A DNA stretch of 64,000 nt, taken from IMG/VR virus record IMGVR_UViG_3300024336_000005, positions 140,009-204,008 of that record; one strand, 5' to 3'. This document shows, piece after piece, positions 6,596-16,145 of this stretch. Positions within the stretch are counted from its first letter, which is position 1. Every line of letters starts with the position of its first letter. The notes under the pieces were generated by a model. It was not told the origin of the DNA. It saw nothing but the letters and a program-made list of their open reading frames with translations, and searched no databases. Both the position numbers and the translations under genes were made by a program.

Positions 6596-8935
6596 ATGTC
6601 CAAGGTAAAGGGAAGCGGCCTGATGGCCGCTTACAACTTCAAAGAAAAGTACGCACGTTATAATGGAGAGGAAAGCAGGAGGGAAGAGTGGCCTGAGTCG
6701 GTCCGTCGCATGTTTTACATGCACGACAACGCTTACGCTCACCTCTTGTCACCTGAAGACCTTGCGGAGGTCAGTGATGCAGAAGATTCTGTAAGGGCGA
6801 AGCTCCTCCTTGGCTCTCAGCGTGCCTTACAATTTGGAGGCAAGGGTGTAGAAGCTCACAACATGAGAATCTACAACTGTGCTGTCTCTTACTGTGACAG
6901 ACCAAGGTTCTTTGCAGAAGCCTTTTACATGTTGCTCTGTGGATGCGGCGTAGGGTTCTCGGTGCAGCAGCATCACGTTGCTCAGCTGCCTAAGTTCCGT
7001 ACTCATCCCACACAGATTAGCAAGGTCGTTACGATAAAAGACAGCATCGAAGGATGGGCAGATGCGCTTGACTATCTTGTTAGCTACTATCTTCAGCTAG
7101 CTCCTATTGATCATGCACAAGAGATTTTTGCAAAGCCTGAATTTGACTACTCTGAGATCCGAGATCGAGGAGCTAAGCTTTCAGTAGGTGGTACCGCCCC
7201 AGGACCTGAGCCTCTCAGAAGAGCCTTAGAAAAGATTAAGGCAATCTTTGAGAGGGCCATTGCAAATGGACAGGCAGAACTTCGCTCCGTTGATGCCTAT
7301 GATATTGTTATGCATGCTTCTGATGCTGTACTTTCTGGCGGCGTGCGTCGTTCTGCTTCTATCGCGCTTTTCTCTCCTGATGATGAGCTCATGGCAGGAG
7401 CAAAGACTGGCAATTGGTTCATTGATAATCCTCAGCGTGGCAGGAGTAATAACTCTGCTGTTCTTGTAAGAGGAGTGGACAACCTAGAGAACTTCAAACG
7501 ACTCATGAGGTCTGTCCGAGAGTTTGGAGAGCCTGGGTTCATCTTTGTTGAATCTCTTGAATATATCTACAACCCTTGCGTAGAAGTTGGCATGTGTCCG
7601 GTTCTAATCTTGGATCCAAATGGAGATGTTGTAGAACAATATACATTAGACCTACTTAATTTCACGAAACGAAATGAATGGACCGCAGAGGGATATACAT
7701 TTCGGAGTGGATGGCAGTGCTGCAATCTTACGGAAATGAATGCTTCTGCCTGGACCTCTCAGCATGATGCATATAAATGTGCACGTCATGCAGCGATTAT
7801 TGGGACCCTTCAGGCTGGCTACACTGATCCTGGATATCTAACAGCAACTTCACAACTCATCATTGAAAGAGAGTCCCTCCTGGGTGTTTCCATGACAGGG
7901 ATGATGGATAATACGACGTTGTCGTTAGATCCAATTGTGCTTAGGAGGATGGCTGAGATTGTTCGTGAAACAAACGCAGAGTGGGCCGCAAAGATTGGTA
8001 TCAATCCTGCTGCTAGAACCACATGCGTAAAACCTGCTGGTAACAGTTCGGTCCTTCTGTCTGAAAGGTTCTTCGTAGCCTCTGGCTGTCACGCGCACCA
8101 CGCTAAGAGAATGATTCGTAGAGTCCAGGCACACAAGGATGGTCCCATCCTACAGTGGTTTAAGGAACATAATCCTCATATGATTGAGGAGAGTGTTTGG
8201 AGTGCAAACAAGACTGATGATGTGATTAGCTTCCCCATTGAGATTCAAGAGGGGGCTCTCACAAAGGATCACTTTACGGCAATTCAATTCTTAAGCACTG
8301 TCGCACTGATTCAAAAGAACTGGGTCATCCCTGGCACAGCTAGACCAATGTCCTGCGAAGGCTTAACGCATAATGTATCCAATACATGCACCGTTCAGCC
8401 TGATGAGTGGGGTGACGTCGGACGCTATATCTATGAGAACAAGAAGCTCTTCTCTGGGCTTTCTCTCTTGAGTAGCTCGGGAGATTTCATCTACAGGCAA
8501 GCCCCTATGCAGAGGATTGTCTTTGAGGATGAGCTTGCGGAACAGTTTGGTAGATCTAACGTTGGTGCAGCTAAGCATTTGAAGCGTCATATAGAAAGGC
8601 GCTACGGTAGCCTTCACGACGTCATGATGCCACTTAAGATGGTACTTGAGGGGTACACCACAGAAGAGGCTATAGAGGGCACCAAGGTGCATCCAGAGCT
8701 ACTGTGGGATACCTATAAGAGGATCCGTGCTGTCATCCATGTTGAAGACACAGATGACATCCTATTTCTACTGTCCGCTATAGGACATGAGGAACTATGG
8801 AAGAGCCTTACTGAAAATATGGTTGATGTAGATTACTCTCAGCTCTATGAGGGAGAGGATCTTACAAAGCTTGCAGACAATATTGCCTGTGGTGGTGGCT
8901 CTTGCGAGCTGGACTTTAGCATTCCAAAGGAATAA
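6596..8935 (+). CDS. nrdJ: Class II (adenosylcobalamin-dependent) ribonucleotide reductase
   Basis: YNCA, GGVRRSA, NPCVE (radical Cys), CNLTE, TTCVKPAG and C-terminal CGGGSC. No beta-subunit gene adjacent. Confidence 0.85.
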   Translation: MSKVKGSGLMAAYNFKEKYARYNGEESRREEWPESVRRMFYMHDNAYAHLLSPEDLAEVSDAEDSVRAKLLLGSQRALQFGGKGVEAHNMRIYNCAVSYCDRPRFFAEAFYMLLCGCGVGFSVQQHHVAQLPKFRTHPTQISKVVTIKDSIEGWADALDYLVSYYLQLAPIDHAQEIFAKPEFDYSEIRDRGAKLSVGGTAPGPEPLRRALEKIKAIFERAIANGQAELRSVDAYDIVMHASDAVLSGGVRRSASIALFSPDDELMAGAKTGNWFIDNPQRGRSNNSAVLVRGVDNLENFKRLMRSVREFGEPGFIFVESLEYIYNPCVEVGMCPVLILDPNGDVVEQYTLDLLNFTKRNEWTAEGYTFRSGWQCCNLTEMNASAWTSQHDAYKCARHAAIIGTLQAGYTDPGYLTATSQLIIERESLLGVSMTGMMDNTTLSLDPIVLRRMAEIVRETNAEWAAKIGINPAARTTCVKPAGNSSVLLSERFFVASGCHAHHAKRMIRRVQAHKDGPILQWFKEHNPHMIEESVWSANKTDDVISFPIEIQEGALTKDHFTAIQFLSTVALIQKNWVIPGTARPMSCEGLTHNVSNTCTVQPDEWGDVGRYIYENKKLFSGLSLLSSSGDFIYRQAPMQRIVFEDELAEQFGRSNVGAAKHLKRHIERRYGSLHDVMMPLKMVLEGYTTEEAIEGTKVHPELLWDTYKRIRAVIHVEDTDDILFLLSAIGHEELWKSLTENMVDVDYSQLYEGEDLTKLADNIACGGGSCELDFSIPKE

Positions 8936-9156
8936 TGATGAAGATTACGTACGAGAAGAGCAATGCAACTCCTATTGCTGATTGCAAGCCAGGCTCACTA
9001 TACCGCCTTGAGGGCGGTAGCACTCCATTGTTTTGTATCTTTACCTCAAATGGGGAGAGGTTCTTTTATATGAGCACTGGTGGGAGTAAGGAATTGTCGC
9101 CATCAGATACTCTTTATGAATTGGATGCTGAGCTTGTGATAAAGGGGGACCTATGA
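8935..9156 (+). CDS. Hypothetical protein
   Basis: Coupled ORF. Confidence 0.55.
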   Translation: MMKITYEKSNATPIADCKPGSLYRLEGGSTPLFCIFTSNGERFFYMSTGGSKELSPSDTLYELDAELVIKGDL

Positions 9157-9497
9157 GTAGGAAGCTTATTTCTTTTGATGAGGTCAGAAACAAGGGTTAC
9201 CTTCAAGAGGTGAACCGTCAGTTCTTTCATCCGCTAGGCATTGCCCTTGCTCTTATCTACGATGTAGATGAGGAAACAGGAGAGCGTACTGCCACTGATC
9301 AGGTTGAGTTCCTAGACTGTAGGAATGACCCTGAGGGCTACTGCTTTGATGAAGAGTATATGAGGGAGAATGCTGAGCGCTTTTGGGCCAGGTCTGAAAA
9401 CGTCCTTGAGGAGCTTGCGGCTAAAGCGCACGCAAGAAGTCACTTGTTTGGGTATATCGTCCAGTCGCTACCGAAGAAGCTGTCTGACGATGGGTAA
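9153..9497 (+). CDS. Hypothetical protein
   Basis: ATGA-coupled ORF; GYLQEVNRQFFHPLGIAL looks like a conserved phage motif. Confidence 0.65.
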   Translation: MSRKLISFDEVRNKGYLQEVNRQFFHPLGIALALIYDVDEETGERTATDQVEFLDCRNDPEGYCFDEEYMRENAERFWARSENVLEELAAKAHARSHLFGYIVQSLPKKLSDDG

Positions 9498-9813
9498 GCT
9501 AGTAAGGGATAAGATTCCTGAGATTATCGAGGCGTCTGGAAGGACGCCTCTGTTTTATGAAACTTCAGGACATAACTATTGGGAGTTCCTGATAGATAAG
9601 CTTCTTGAAGAGGCTCGTGAAGCCTCAGAGCACACTCCTTACAAGAAGGGCCGGGCTGGGATTGAATCTGAACTAGCTGACGTTCTGGAAGTCTTGTATG
9701 CCCTCTGTGATAATCTAGACGTTCCCTTTGCGTCCATCCAAGAGGCCAGGCTTCAAAAGAAGATGGAACGTGGTGGCTTTTCTAAGGGATATATACTAAC
9801 AGGAGTGGAATGA
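9490..9813 (+). CDS. MazG-like / PRA-PH family NTP pyrophosphohydrolase
   Basis: KLVRDKIPEII, KLLEEAxE, ELADVLEV, ERGGF. Confidence 0.85.
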   Translation: MGKLVRDKIPEIIEASGRTPLFYETSGHNYWEFLIDKLLEEAREASEHTPYKKGRAGIESELADVLEVLYALCDNLDVPFASIQEARLQKKMERGGFSKGYILTGVE

Positions 9814-10382
9814 TGGGTGACGGTAAGTCGTGGGCGGCCGATGAGGAGAAGCGAGCTGCGGACGAGGCGCGGATGGCGAAGCGCCTCGTGGAGACTCGCC
9901 ATGCGCTTCTAGCTCTAGCGGAGAGGGAAGCAGAACAGTATGTCCCTATCTTTAAGGCAGAAGACGCAACAACTGCTTCTGTTAGGAATACAGCATGCAA
10001 GACGGTCCTTCAGCTAGGCTCTTCTCTTGAGGGAGATGAATGTCCTAATTGCGAGAATGGCGTTCTAGACAAGGACCTTGCTGGCAATTTATGTTGCACG
10101 GGAGAGTGTGGCTGTATTTTCCCTGCGGGAACGACTAAGCTAGAAGATCCTGCCGAGAAAGATCTCATTGATGATGAGATGATTAATCATCCCAGCCACT
10201 ACAACAATGGTTCCATTGAGTGTATCGACTACATTGAAGACCAAGAGCTTAACTATCATGCAGGCTGTGCGGTCAAATATATTGCACGCTATCGCTTCAA
10301 GGGCACTCCCGTCAAAGACTTGCGCAAAGCCTCATGGTATCTCCTTAGGCTGGCTAATAGGCTAGAAGCAAAGGAAAAGTAA
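9810..10382 (+). CDS. DUF3310 (T7 gp1.7-like) domain protein with Cys-rich N-terminal part
   Basis: INHPSHYN.GSIECIDYI...KYIARY..KG...DLRKA.WYL; CPNC...CCTGECGC upstream. Confidence 0.75.
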   Translation: MMGDGKSWAADEEKRAADEARMAKRLVETRHALLALAEREAEQYVPIFKAEDATTASVRNTACKTVLQLGSSLEGDECPNCENGVLDKDLAGNLCCTGECGCIFPAGTTKLEDPAEKDLIDDEMINHPSHYNNGSIECIDYIEDQELNYHAGCAVKYIARYRFKGTPVKDLRKASWYLLRLANRLEAKEK

Positions 10383-10670
10383 ATGGCAGTTTATACAGGA
10401 GAGGTTAGGGGAGACTTTGATTCAAGGGTTGACCTGGTCAAATGGGACAACTACGGACTTGAATTTAAGTTTGCTGCCTTGAATGATGAGGCTTATGTTA
10501 TCAAGCAAGATGCAAAGGGGAAATGGGTGGCAGGCGAGTGGGTGGTAACAGAGGATAAGCTAAGCCAGCTCTTGCGTTCTCTTATCAGAGGCATGGGCTT
10601 TGGTAGATTTAGGATGGGCAAGGGTAGGAACACCACATTCATAGGAATAGTAGAAGTAGAAAATGTCTAA
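10383..10670 (+). CDS. Hypothetical protein
   Basis: ORF between the DUF3310 gene and recA. Confidence 0.6.
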   Translation: MAVYTGEVRGDFDSRVDLVKWDNYGLEFKFAALNDEAYVIKQDAKGKWVAGEWVVTEDKLSQLLRSLIRGMGFGRFRMGKGRNTTFIGIVEVENV

Positions 10671-11286
10671 AGATGATGCCCTCGGGCTCTTGATTAAGTC
10701 TTGCGAAAAGCAATTTGGTGAAGGTGCGGTCTTTGACCTCTCCTCATCTACTGTGCCCAAGGTTCCTAAGGTAAGCTTTGGGTCTATTAAGATAGACATT
10801 GCTGCAGGTGGTGGTGCCGGGAAGGGTCGTATCATTGAGGTCTATGGTCCTGAAAGCTCAGGTAAGACGACCCTGTGTTTGAATCTCCTTAGAGAGATTC
10901 AAAATGATCCAGATTATGTTGCTGAAGGCAGACGACCTCTATTTATTGATGCAGAGCATGCCCTTGACCTAGAGTATGCTACTAATTGCATTGGAGTAGA
11001 CCCTAATAATTTGTTGGTGGCCCAGCCCGATGTTGGTGAAGATGCGCTAGAGATAGCTGACATCTTCATTAGGAGTGGGAAGGTCTCGGCGGTCTTTGTC
11101 GACTCTGTTTCAGCACTACTCCCCAGAGCAGAGCTTGAGGGAGAGATGGGCAAGTCTCATGTTGGACTGCTTGCTAGGCTTATGTCGCAGGCTCTGCGTA
11201 AGTTGGTAGGACTTTGCCATAAGACTGGTACGATTCTTGTCTTTACTAACCAAATTCGTATGAAGATTGGTGTGATGTTTGGAAAT
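10663..11286 (+). CDS. recA: RecA recombinase, exon 1
   Basis: [16 protein letters not shown] (Walker A), [40 protein letters not shown]. Confidence 0.95.
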
Positions 11287-12217
11287 CAACTTTTAGCTGC
11301 ATAAACTAAGACTACATCAGTTATTGATCCGCTTAGGAGGATCTGCTGATGATTATAAATGGTTATAAATTCAATAAAATTGATGAATCTCATGTTGAGT
11401 ACTTAAAGGCTCACTATCAGGATAAACTAACGGATCTTTGTGAGGGCCTTGGCCTTTCCGATGAAACAGTTTATCGAATGATAAAAGCACTGGGCATCCA
11501 GCGAGAGAGGCATTGGAAGAGATCTATACCTCGGAATAAAGAGGCAGAAGATCTAATGAGAGATCCATATCTCTCACATGTAAAAATTGCAAAGAAGTAC
11601 AATTGTACACCGGAAGCAGTTGCAAAGCGACGGACTGACCTTGGCGTTACAGTCAGAAGGAATATGTGTTCCACTCAGCTAGAAGATAGGATTCAACTTA
11701 TCCTAGAAGAGATTGGGCTAGCATATATCCCACAACGAAACCTAGACAAATGGTCAATAGACTTTTATCTGGGTTGCAATTTTTACATAGACGTTCATGG
11801 TTCATGGGCACATTCAAAACCTAAGATTGTCGAAAGAGACAAGCGCAAGGCAAAATGGATGGAAGACAAGGGATTTAAATACCTTGTCATTCGTGAATCG
11901 GATATTGAAGAAGCCAAAAATAAGATCTTAGATTTTGCATCTGGGTTTCCCTTAGCGGTAACGTTAAGTAAAAAACCTTGTGAACTGCTACCCGCAGGTG
12001 TCGCCTCTAGGCGGCTAACGGTGAAACCCTTCATAATGGGCAATACCGTGCCAAGCCTCATAAATGAGGAAGGTGTAGAGACTATCGAAAGCACATCGAA
12101 AGATGGGAGTGAGTAGAGTAGGGATAGAGATAGGTACTATCCCCAAGCGCAAGGCTCCTCGTTTGAGGATGATGATATAGTCCGAGCCATAGAGATGATA
12201 AATCTATGGGAGTCTCG
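11287..12217 (+). mobile_element. Group I intron in recA
   Basis: Removal restores GVMFGN|PETTSGGNALKF. Exon ends in U and intron ends in G. P1: GGAAAU pairs with GUUUCC (11945-50). P10: UCUGG (11940-44) pairs with exon 2 CCAGA. P3: CCUUGUG/CGCAAGG. P7: GACUA (12080-84)/UAGUC (12178-82). S element GAUAUAGUCC. Confidence 0.93.
11349..12116 (+). CDS. Intron-encoded homing endonuclease, Vsr-like/EDxHD (I-Bth0305I-like) with N-terminal HTH repeats
   Basis: SD AGGAGG; two HTH-like segments; IDFY...YIDVHGSWAH...ERDKRK...GFKYLVIRESDI. The 3' end runs into the ribozyme core. Confidence 0.8.
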   Translation: MIINGYKFNKIDESHVEYLKAHYQDKLTDLCEGLGLSDETVYRMIKALGIQRERHWKRSIPRNKEAEDLMRDPYLSHVKIAKKYNCTPEAVAKRRTDLGVTVRRNMCSTQLEDRIQLILEEIGLAYIPQRNLDKWSIDFYLGCNFYIDVHGSWAHSKPKIVERDKRKAKWMEDKGFKYLVIRESDIEEAKNKILDFASGFPLAVTLSKKPCELLPAGVASRRLTVKPFIMGNTVPSLINEEGVETIESTSKDGSE

Positions 12218-12817
12218 CCAGAGACGACTAGTGGAGGCAACGCTCTGAAGTTTGCTGCCTCTCAGAGGATTGACATTCGTCGCAAGACAAGTGCAGCAGA
12301 TACTGAGAAGGATGCAGATGGAAATGTATTCCGCATCCCGACGACGGTCAAGTTCGTAAAGAACAAGCTGTTTCCTCCCTTCCGAGTTGCTCACATTGAT
12401 ATGGAAATGAATGTTGGCATCAACAGAACAGCAGAAATCTTGGACCTTGCCGCTGACAACGACATAATTCTTAAGTCAGGGGCATGGTACGAATACGTTG
12501 ACCCCTCCCGAACGGAACTCTTGTTAAAGCTTCGTCAGCATGAGGATGTAAAGGCTTTGATCCAAGAGATTAAAGCCGCTCCAAAGGATTTTAATGTCGT
12601 TCCGGAAAGTATCAAGGAAGGAGCTCGAAAGATAGGTCCCCTTCTTGATGCCTTGGAGTTCGATGACAAGGGCTGGAGGGTTCAAGGGCGTTCTTCTGCT
12701 ATAGAGGCCCTAGGAGAGAGACCAGAGTTATTGGAGGAGCTTAGAGTTCACATTCGTGAAATCTATTTCCCAACCAGTAGCCCACAAGCGGAAGTTTCAG
12801 ACGATATTCCGTTTTAA
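12218..12817 (+). CDS. recA: RecA recombinase, exon 2
   Basis: PETTSGGNALKFAASQRIDIR, VKNKLFPPFR, KSGAWY. Spliced protein is 407 aa and ends SDDIPF. Confidence 0.93.
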   Translation, partial: PETTSGGNALKFAASQRIDIRRKTSAADTEKDADGNVFRIPTTVKFVKNKLFPPFRVAHIDMEMNVGINRTAEILDLAADNDIILKSGAWYEYVDPSRTELLLKLRQHEDVKALIQEIKAAPKDFNVVPESIKEGARKIGPLLDALEFDDKGWRVQGRSSAIEALGERPELLEELRVHIREIYFPTSSPQAEVSDDIPF

Positions 12818-12831
12818 TTTCAGGAGCTTAA

Positions 12832-13785
12832 ATGCCCGATTCATACACCGGTGTGTACGTCCTCTATGTTGATGAGACCCTAATCGATAGGGTCTTTTCT
12901 GAACGATCCCTTTCCGTTGAGGAACTCTTAGACGGAACGTTGAGTGAAGATGCTTGCAAGGAGTTGAATGTTCCAGTTCAAAATACTTCTTGGACTGAGT
13001 ATCCAAATACAAACTTTGTTCTAAAGTCTGTCTTCAGACCTAAGAAGTCCGCTCTTGTGAGACTGTCAAAGGATTGCAAGAGAGTTGAAGTCCTTTGGGA
13101 CTACAACAAGACTCCACTGCAAGGCTTGAAGCCACGCAACAAGGAGCAGAACATGCTCCTCAATGCTTTGATGGATGATGAGATTGCATGTGTCGTTGTA
13201 GAAGGCAAGGCAGGAAGTGGGAAGACGCTCTGTGCTCTTGCCGTTGCCTTGGATTGCATTGGATCGCCCAGCTCCCCTTATAAGAAGATTGTTCTTACGA
13301 GACCAATGTCCTCTGTGGGAGCTCCTTTGGGAGCTCTACCTGGAGATCAAGCGGAGAAGTTCCTTCCTTATCTTGGGAACTACTTCTCGAACTTTGAGTT
13401 CCTGTTAGGGAAGCATGGTCTTGCCTATCTTAAGACCATGATGGAGAAGGGGGACATTGAGATTCTGCCATTGCAACTAATTGGTGGCATCTCATGGCAT
13501 GATACACTCGTGATTGCCGATGAGGTGCAGTCCTTGAATGCACAACAGATGTATGCACTGGGCACACGCCCTGCTGCAAACTCTAAGTTGATTCTTCTTG
13601 GTGACAGCGCCCAGAGATATGGTAGGTTCGAGGATGCTAGACACACAGGGCTTTGGAAGATTGCCCACAGTGAGCATGCTCTTCGCTCGCCTTTGGTGAG
13701 CTACATTAAGCTTCTCAAGCAGGAGAGACACCCGCTTGCTGATGTCTTCTATAATACATTCGTTAATAATGAGGTTGTTGAATGA
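12832..13785 (+). CDS. phoH: PhoH-family ATPase
   Basis: PRNKEQ, GKAGSGKT, LTRP, LGALPGD..EK..PYL, IADEVQ, LLGDSAQ. Confidence 0.9.
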   Translation: MPDSYTGVYVLYVDETLIDRVFSERSLSVEELLDGTLSEDACKELNVPVQNTSWTEYPNTNFVLKSVFRPKKSALVRLSKDCKRVEVLWDYNKTPLQGLKPRNKEQNMLLNALMDDEIACVVVEGKAGSGKTLCALAVALDCIGSPSSPYKKIVLTRPMSSVGAPLGALPGDQAEKFLPYLGNYFSNFEFLLGKHGLAYLKTMMEKGDIEILPLQLIGGISWHDTLVIADEVQSLNAQQMYALGTRPAANSKLILLGDSAQRYGRFEDARHTGLWKIAHSEHALRSPLVSYIKLLKQERHPLADVFYNTFVNNEVVE

Positions 13786-14276
13786 GAGTAAGTATTTATA
13801 ACAAGGGCGTTTCCTACAACGGGGAGACAGTTAAGTCTCCCCTTCCCAAGGAGAGCACCACAGAGGCGGCGGCAGTAGATGTTTCTACTCCCGTCCCCTT
13901 TGTTCTTGAGGTTGGTGCTAAGCATCTGGTTGACACAGGCTTGATTATCAAGGCTCCTCGAGGGTATTGCATCCAGGTCCTACCTCGTAGCGGACTGGCT
14001 TGCAAGAAGGGGATTACCATCCCTAACGCTCCTGGTCTAATTGATAGAGACTACTGTGGCCCAGATGATGTGATCAAGATCATGCTTGTGAATCAGGGGA
14101 AGGAGGCTGTGGAGTTTAAGGCGGGAGATAGGGTGGCGCAGCTGCTCTTCACGCCGTACATCACGGTTTCGTGGGATGAGGAAGAGAAGGCCACCTTTGC
14201 TAAGGTAACCTCCAGAGGAGGTTTTGGTAGCACTGGCGTAGATAGGAAGAGTGGACTTTGGAACAGAAGAACCTAG
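13782..14276 (+). CDS. dut: Trimeric dUTPase
   Basis: AAVD, PRSGLA, GLIDRDY, GDRVAQL, RGGFGSTG. Confidence 0.95.
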   Translation: MRVSIYNKGVSYNGETVKSPLPKESTTEAAAVDVSTPVPFVLEVGAKHLVDTGLIIKAPRGYCIQVLPRSGLACKKGITIPNAPGLIDRDYCGPDDVIKIMLVNQGKEAVEFKAGDRVAQLLFTPYITVSWDEEEKATFAKVTSRGGFGSTGVDRKSGLWNRRT

Positions 14277-14449
14277 ACGTTGAAACATTAAACATCTGTG
14301 TTAATGTCCTTGAGTCCCTATGTCATGGTCCAGCACTAGCATCTAGGAGTTCCTATTATGCTGTGCTGGACATGCAGTATCCTAATATTAAAGCCGTCTC
14401 CTTTGGAGACGTCGTAGAAGAGAGAAAACTAAGAAAAGGTTGGTTCTAA
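14258..14449 (+). CDS. Hypothetical protein
   Basis: Small ORF filling the gap. Confidence 0.45.
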   Translation: MEQKNLDVETLNICVNVLESLCHGPALASRSSYYAVLDMQYPNIKAVSFGDVVEERKLRKGWF

Positions 14450-14643
14450 TGAATAAGAACGCACGCATTGCCTTCTGGGCAGATGAGACTGGCTTCTGGA
14501 TGAGTGTTAATGAGGGTAGCTTGGAGCGTCCTAACTGGATTGTTCAGGACATCCCTTCGGGTCATCTTAATCTGGAAATGTCAGAAGATAAGATTCAGGT
14601 GAAGATTACTCCTGTGGTAGCTGAAGTGAAAATTGATCTTTAG
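14449..14643 (+). CDS. Hypothetical protein
   Basis: TAATG-coupled small ORF. Confidence 0.55.
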   Translation: MNKNARIAFWADETGFWMSVNEGSLERPNWIVQDIPSGHLNLEMSEDKIQVKITPVVAEVKIDL

Positions 14644-14807
14644 CTGATCTCCCTCCAGCCTAGATCCTCTCCACCCACCTGTGGACCCGCCCGCAACCTC
14701 AAAGGCCAGCAGGGCCTTCAGTCCCAGTAAAGCTCTTCCAAATTGGGAAGATAATCATTACCACTCCTTTATTAGTTATGTTAAGCAATAACAGCAGGAG
14801 CTCCTCC

Positions 14808-15203
14808 ATGAGTAGATGTAACAAGTGTGATATGCCTATCAATGGCACAATGATGGATAGATGCTTCTGTGAGCCAGCTGTTGGTAAGTCTAGTATGGCC
14901 AAATATATGCCCACATGTGGGGCAGACTATGACGATGATCGTCGTGATATGGCTCCCATCTATACCATGCCTCCCGTGGTAAAGAACATAGACCCTCTTT
15001 GGGCTCACTTAGTGGTGAATGAGACCAACATAAGGTTTGAATACCTTTCTCCTAGTCGTGGGGCAACCACCAGGAGCGTTAAGCTTCTGGGATGTTATAA
15101 GAGCTTTGGTAATACATATATAATTGGCTACTGCATGCTAAGAGATGCAAAGAGGACCTTTAGGGTCGATAGAATTCAGAAGGTGGTGGCCGTTGACGCT
15201 TAA
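14808..15203 (+). CDS. WYL-domain protein with N-terminal Cys-rich module
   Basis: IRFEY.....TTRSV......YIIGYC.LRDAKRTFRVDRI is the WYL pattern. N-terminal CNKC...CFC. SD AGGAG at 14796. Confidence 0.8.
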   Translation: MSRCNKCDMPINGTMMDRCFCEPAVGKSSMAKYMPTCGADYDDDRRDMAPIYTMPPVVKNIDPLWAHLVVNETNIRFEYLSPSRGATTRSVKLLGCYKSFGNTYIIGYCMLRDAKRTFRVDRIQKVVAVDA

Positions 15204-15471
15204 GAAAAGATTTGAAGCCCTTGGTGCTGTTCATTTAGGGATGTTTACTAAAGCAGAGTCCGCTGAACTGTATGCCTATGATGAGAACTGGTGGGTTTTT
15301 TCTCCCTCTTATCACAGCTATTACTCCAAGCCCTTTGAGCTGGAGCCACTTGGTGCGAGGATGAATCTTACCTGGGATCCAGGTGATGCTAAGAATCCTG
15401 GCGTCAAAAGAATGGTGGAAATTGTAGAGGCTTGGCTTACGGCCAATCCTCGTCCCAGAGGTGAAGAATGA
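15145..15471 (+). CDS. Hypothetical protein (true start probably near 15193)
   Basis: ORF in operon. Confidence 0.5.
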   Translation: MQRGPLGSIEFRRWWPLTLKKRFEALGAVHLGMFTKAESAELYAYDENWWVFSPSYHSYYSKPFELEPLGARMNLTWDPGDAKNPGVKRMVEIVEAWLTANPRPRGEE

Positions 15472-16145
15472 GATGCAACAAATGTAGCATGCCCTTGAAG
15501 GGCTTTGGTATTGATCAGTGTTTCTGTGAGCCAGAGGCTATCAAGTCCAAAAAGTGGACAGTAGTTCATGAAGAAGTTAATGCTTCAGGCATTGATCTAA
15601 AGACTGAGGTTTTTGGATCTCTTCTAGAGCAGCGTAAAGGAGAGTACGTGACTAAAGCATTGATTGTCTTTGAGGGGCAAGACTTTGTAAAGACTGTGCG
15701 TAAGAATAGGCGTGAATATGATGCTCGGTTTATTATCCAAGAGATTCCCGGCCACGGCTGGAAGATTCGTAAGAATACGCTGACAGAACACCATGGAGAA
15801 ATGGAAAGTCTAGAGCCAATATTTGAAGTCTATCTAGAGGACGTGGAATTCTATCATGAAGAGGCAGGGGAACTATCTTTCTTTGGCCTCTGGGATTCTG
15901 GAACCGAGAGGTTCCATTCAGATATTAATGAGCATCTGCTTGATGCTCCGGTTAAGCCTAGCATTGTATCTCCTCAAGAGGTGAAGCGGATAGAGGCATG
16001 GGCTAAAGTGAAGAATCGCAAGAAGCCTTTTGCTCCTATCGTTATGAATAGTACGGCTGTTTCTTTTGACGATATGGTCTGCACTCAGCCCATGACGGGA
16101 AGTGTTTCTGGAAAGTGGCTCAAATGGAAGTATGTCGATGAGTAG
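15468..16145 (+). CDS. Hypothetical protein with the same N-terminal CNKC..CFCEP module as the WYL protein
   Basis: MRCNKCSMPLKGFGIDQCFCEP. Confidence 0.65.
   Translation: MRCNKCSMPLKGFGIDQCFCEPEAIKSKKWTVVHEEVNASGIDLKTEVFGSLLEQRKGEYVTKALIVFEGQDFVKTVRKNRREYDARFIIQEIPGHGWKIRKNTLTEHHGEMESLEPIFEVYLEDVEFYHEEAGELSFFGLWDSGTERFHSDINEHLLDAPVKPSIVSPQEVKRIEAWAKVKNRKKPFAPIVMNSTAVSFDDMVCTQPMTGSVSGKWLKWKYVDE

Noticed and set aside
12206-12217. ORF-track start MGVS for the second recA piece, and start 26501 for dnaE
   Set aside because: These are artefacts of intron interruption; the true exon boundaries are 12218 and 26421.
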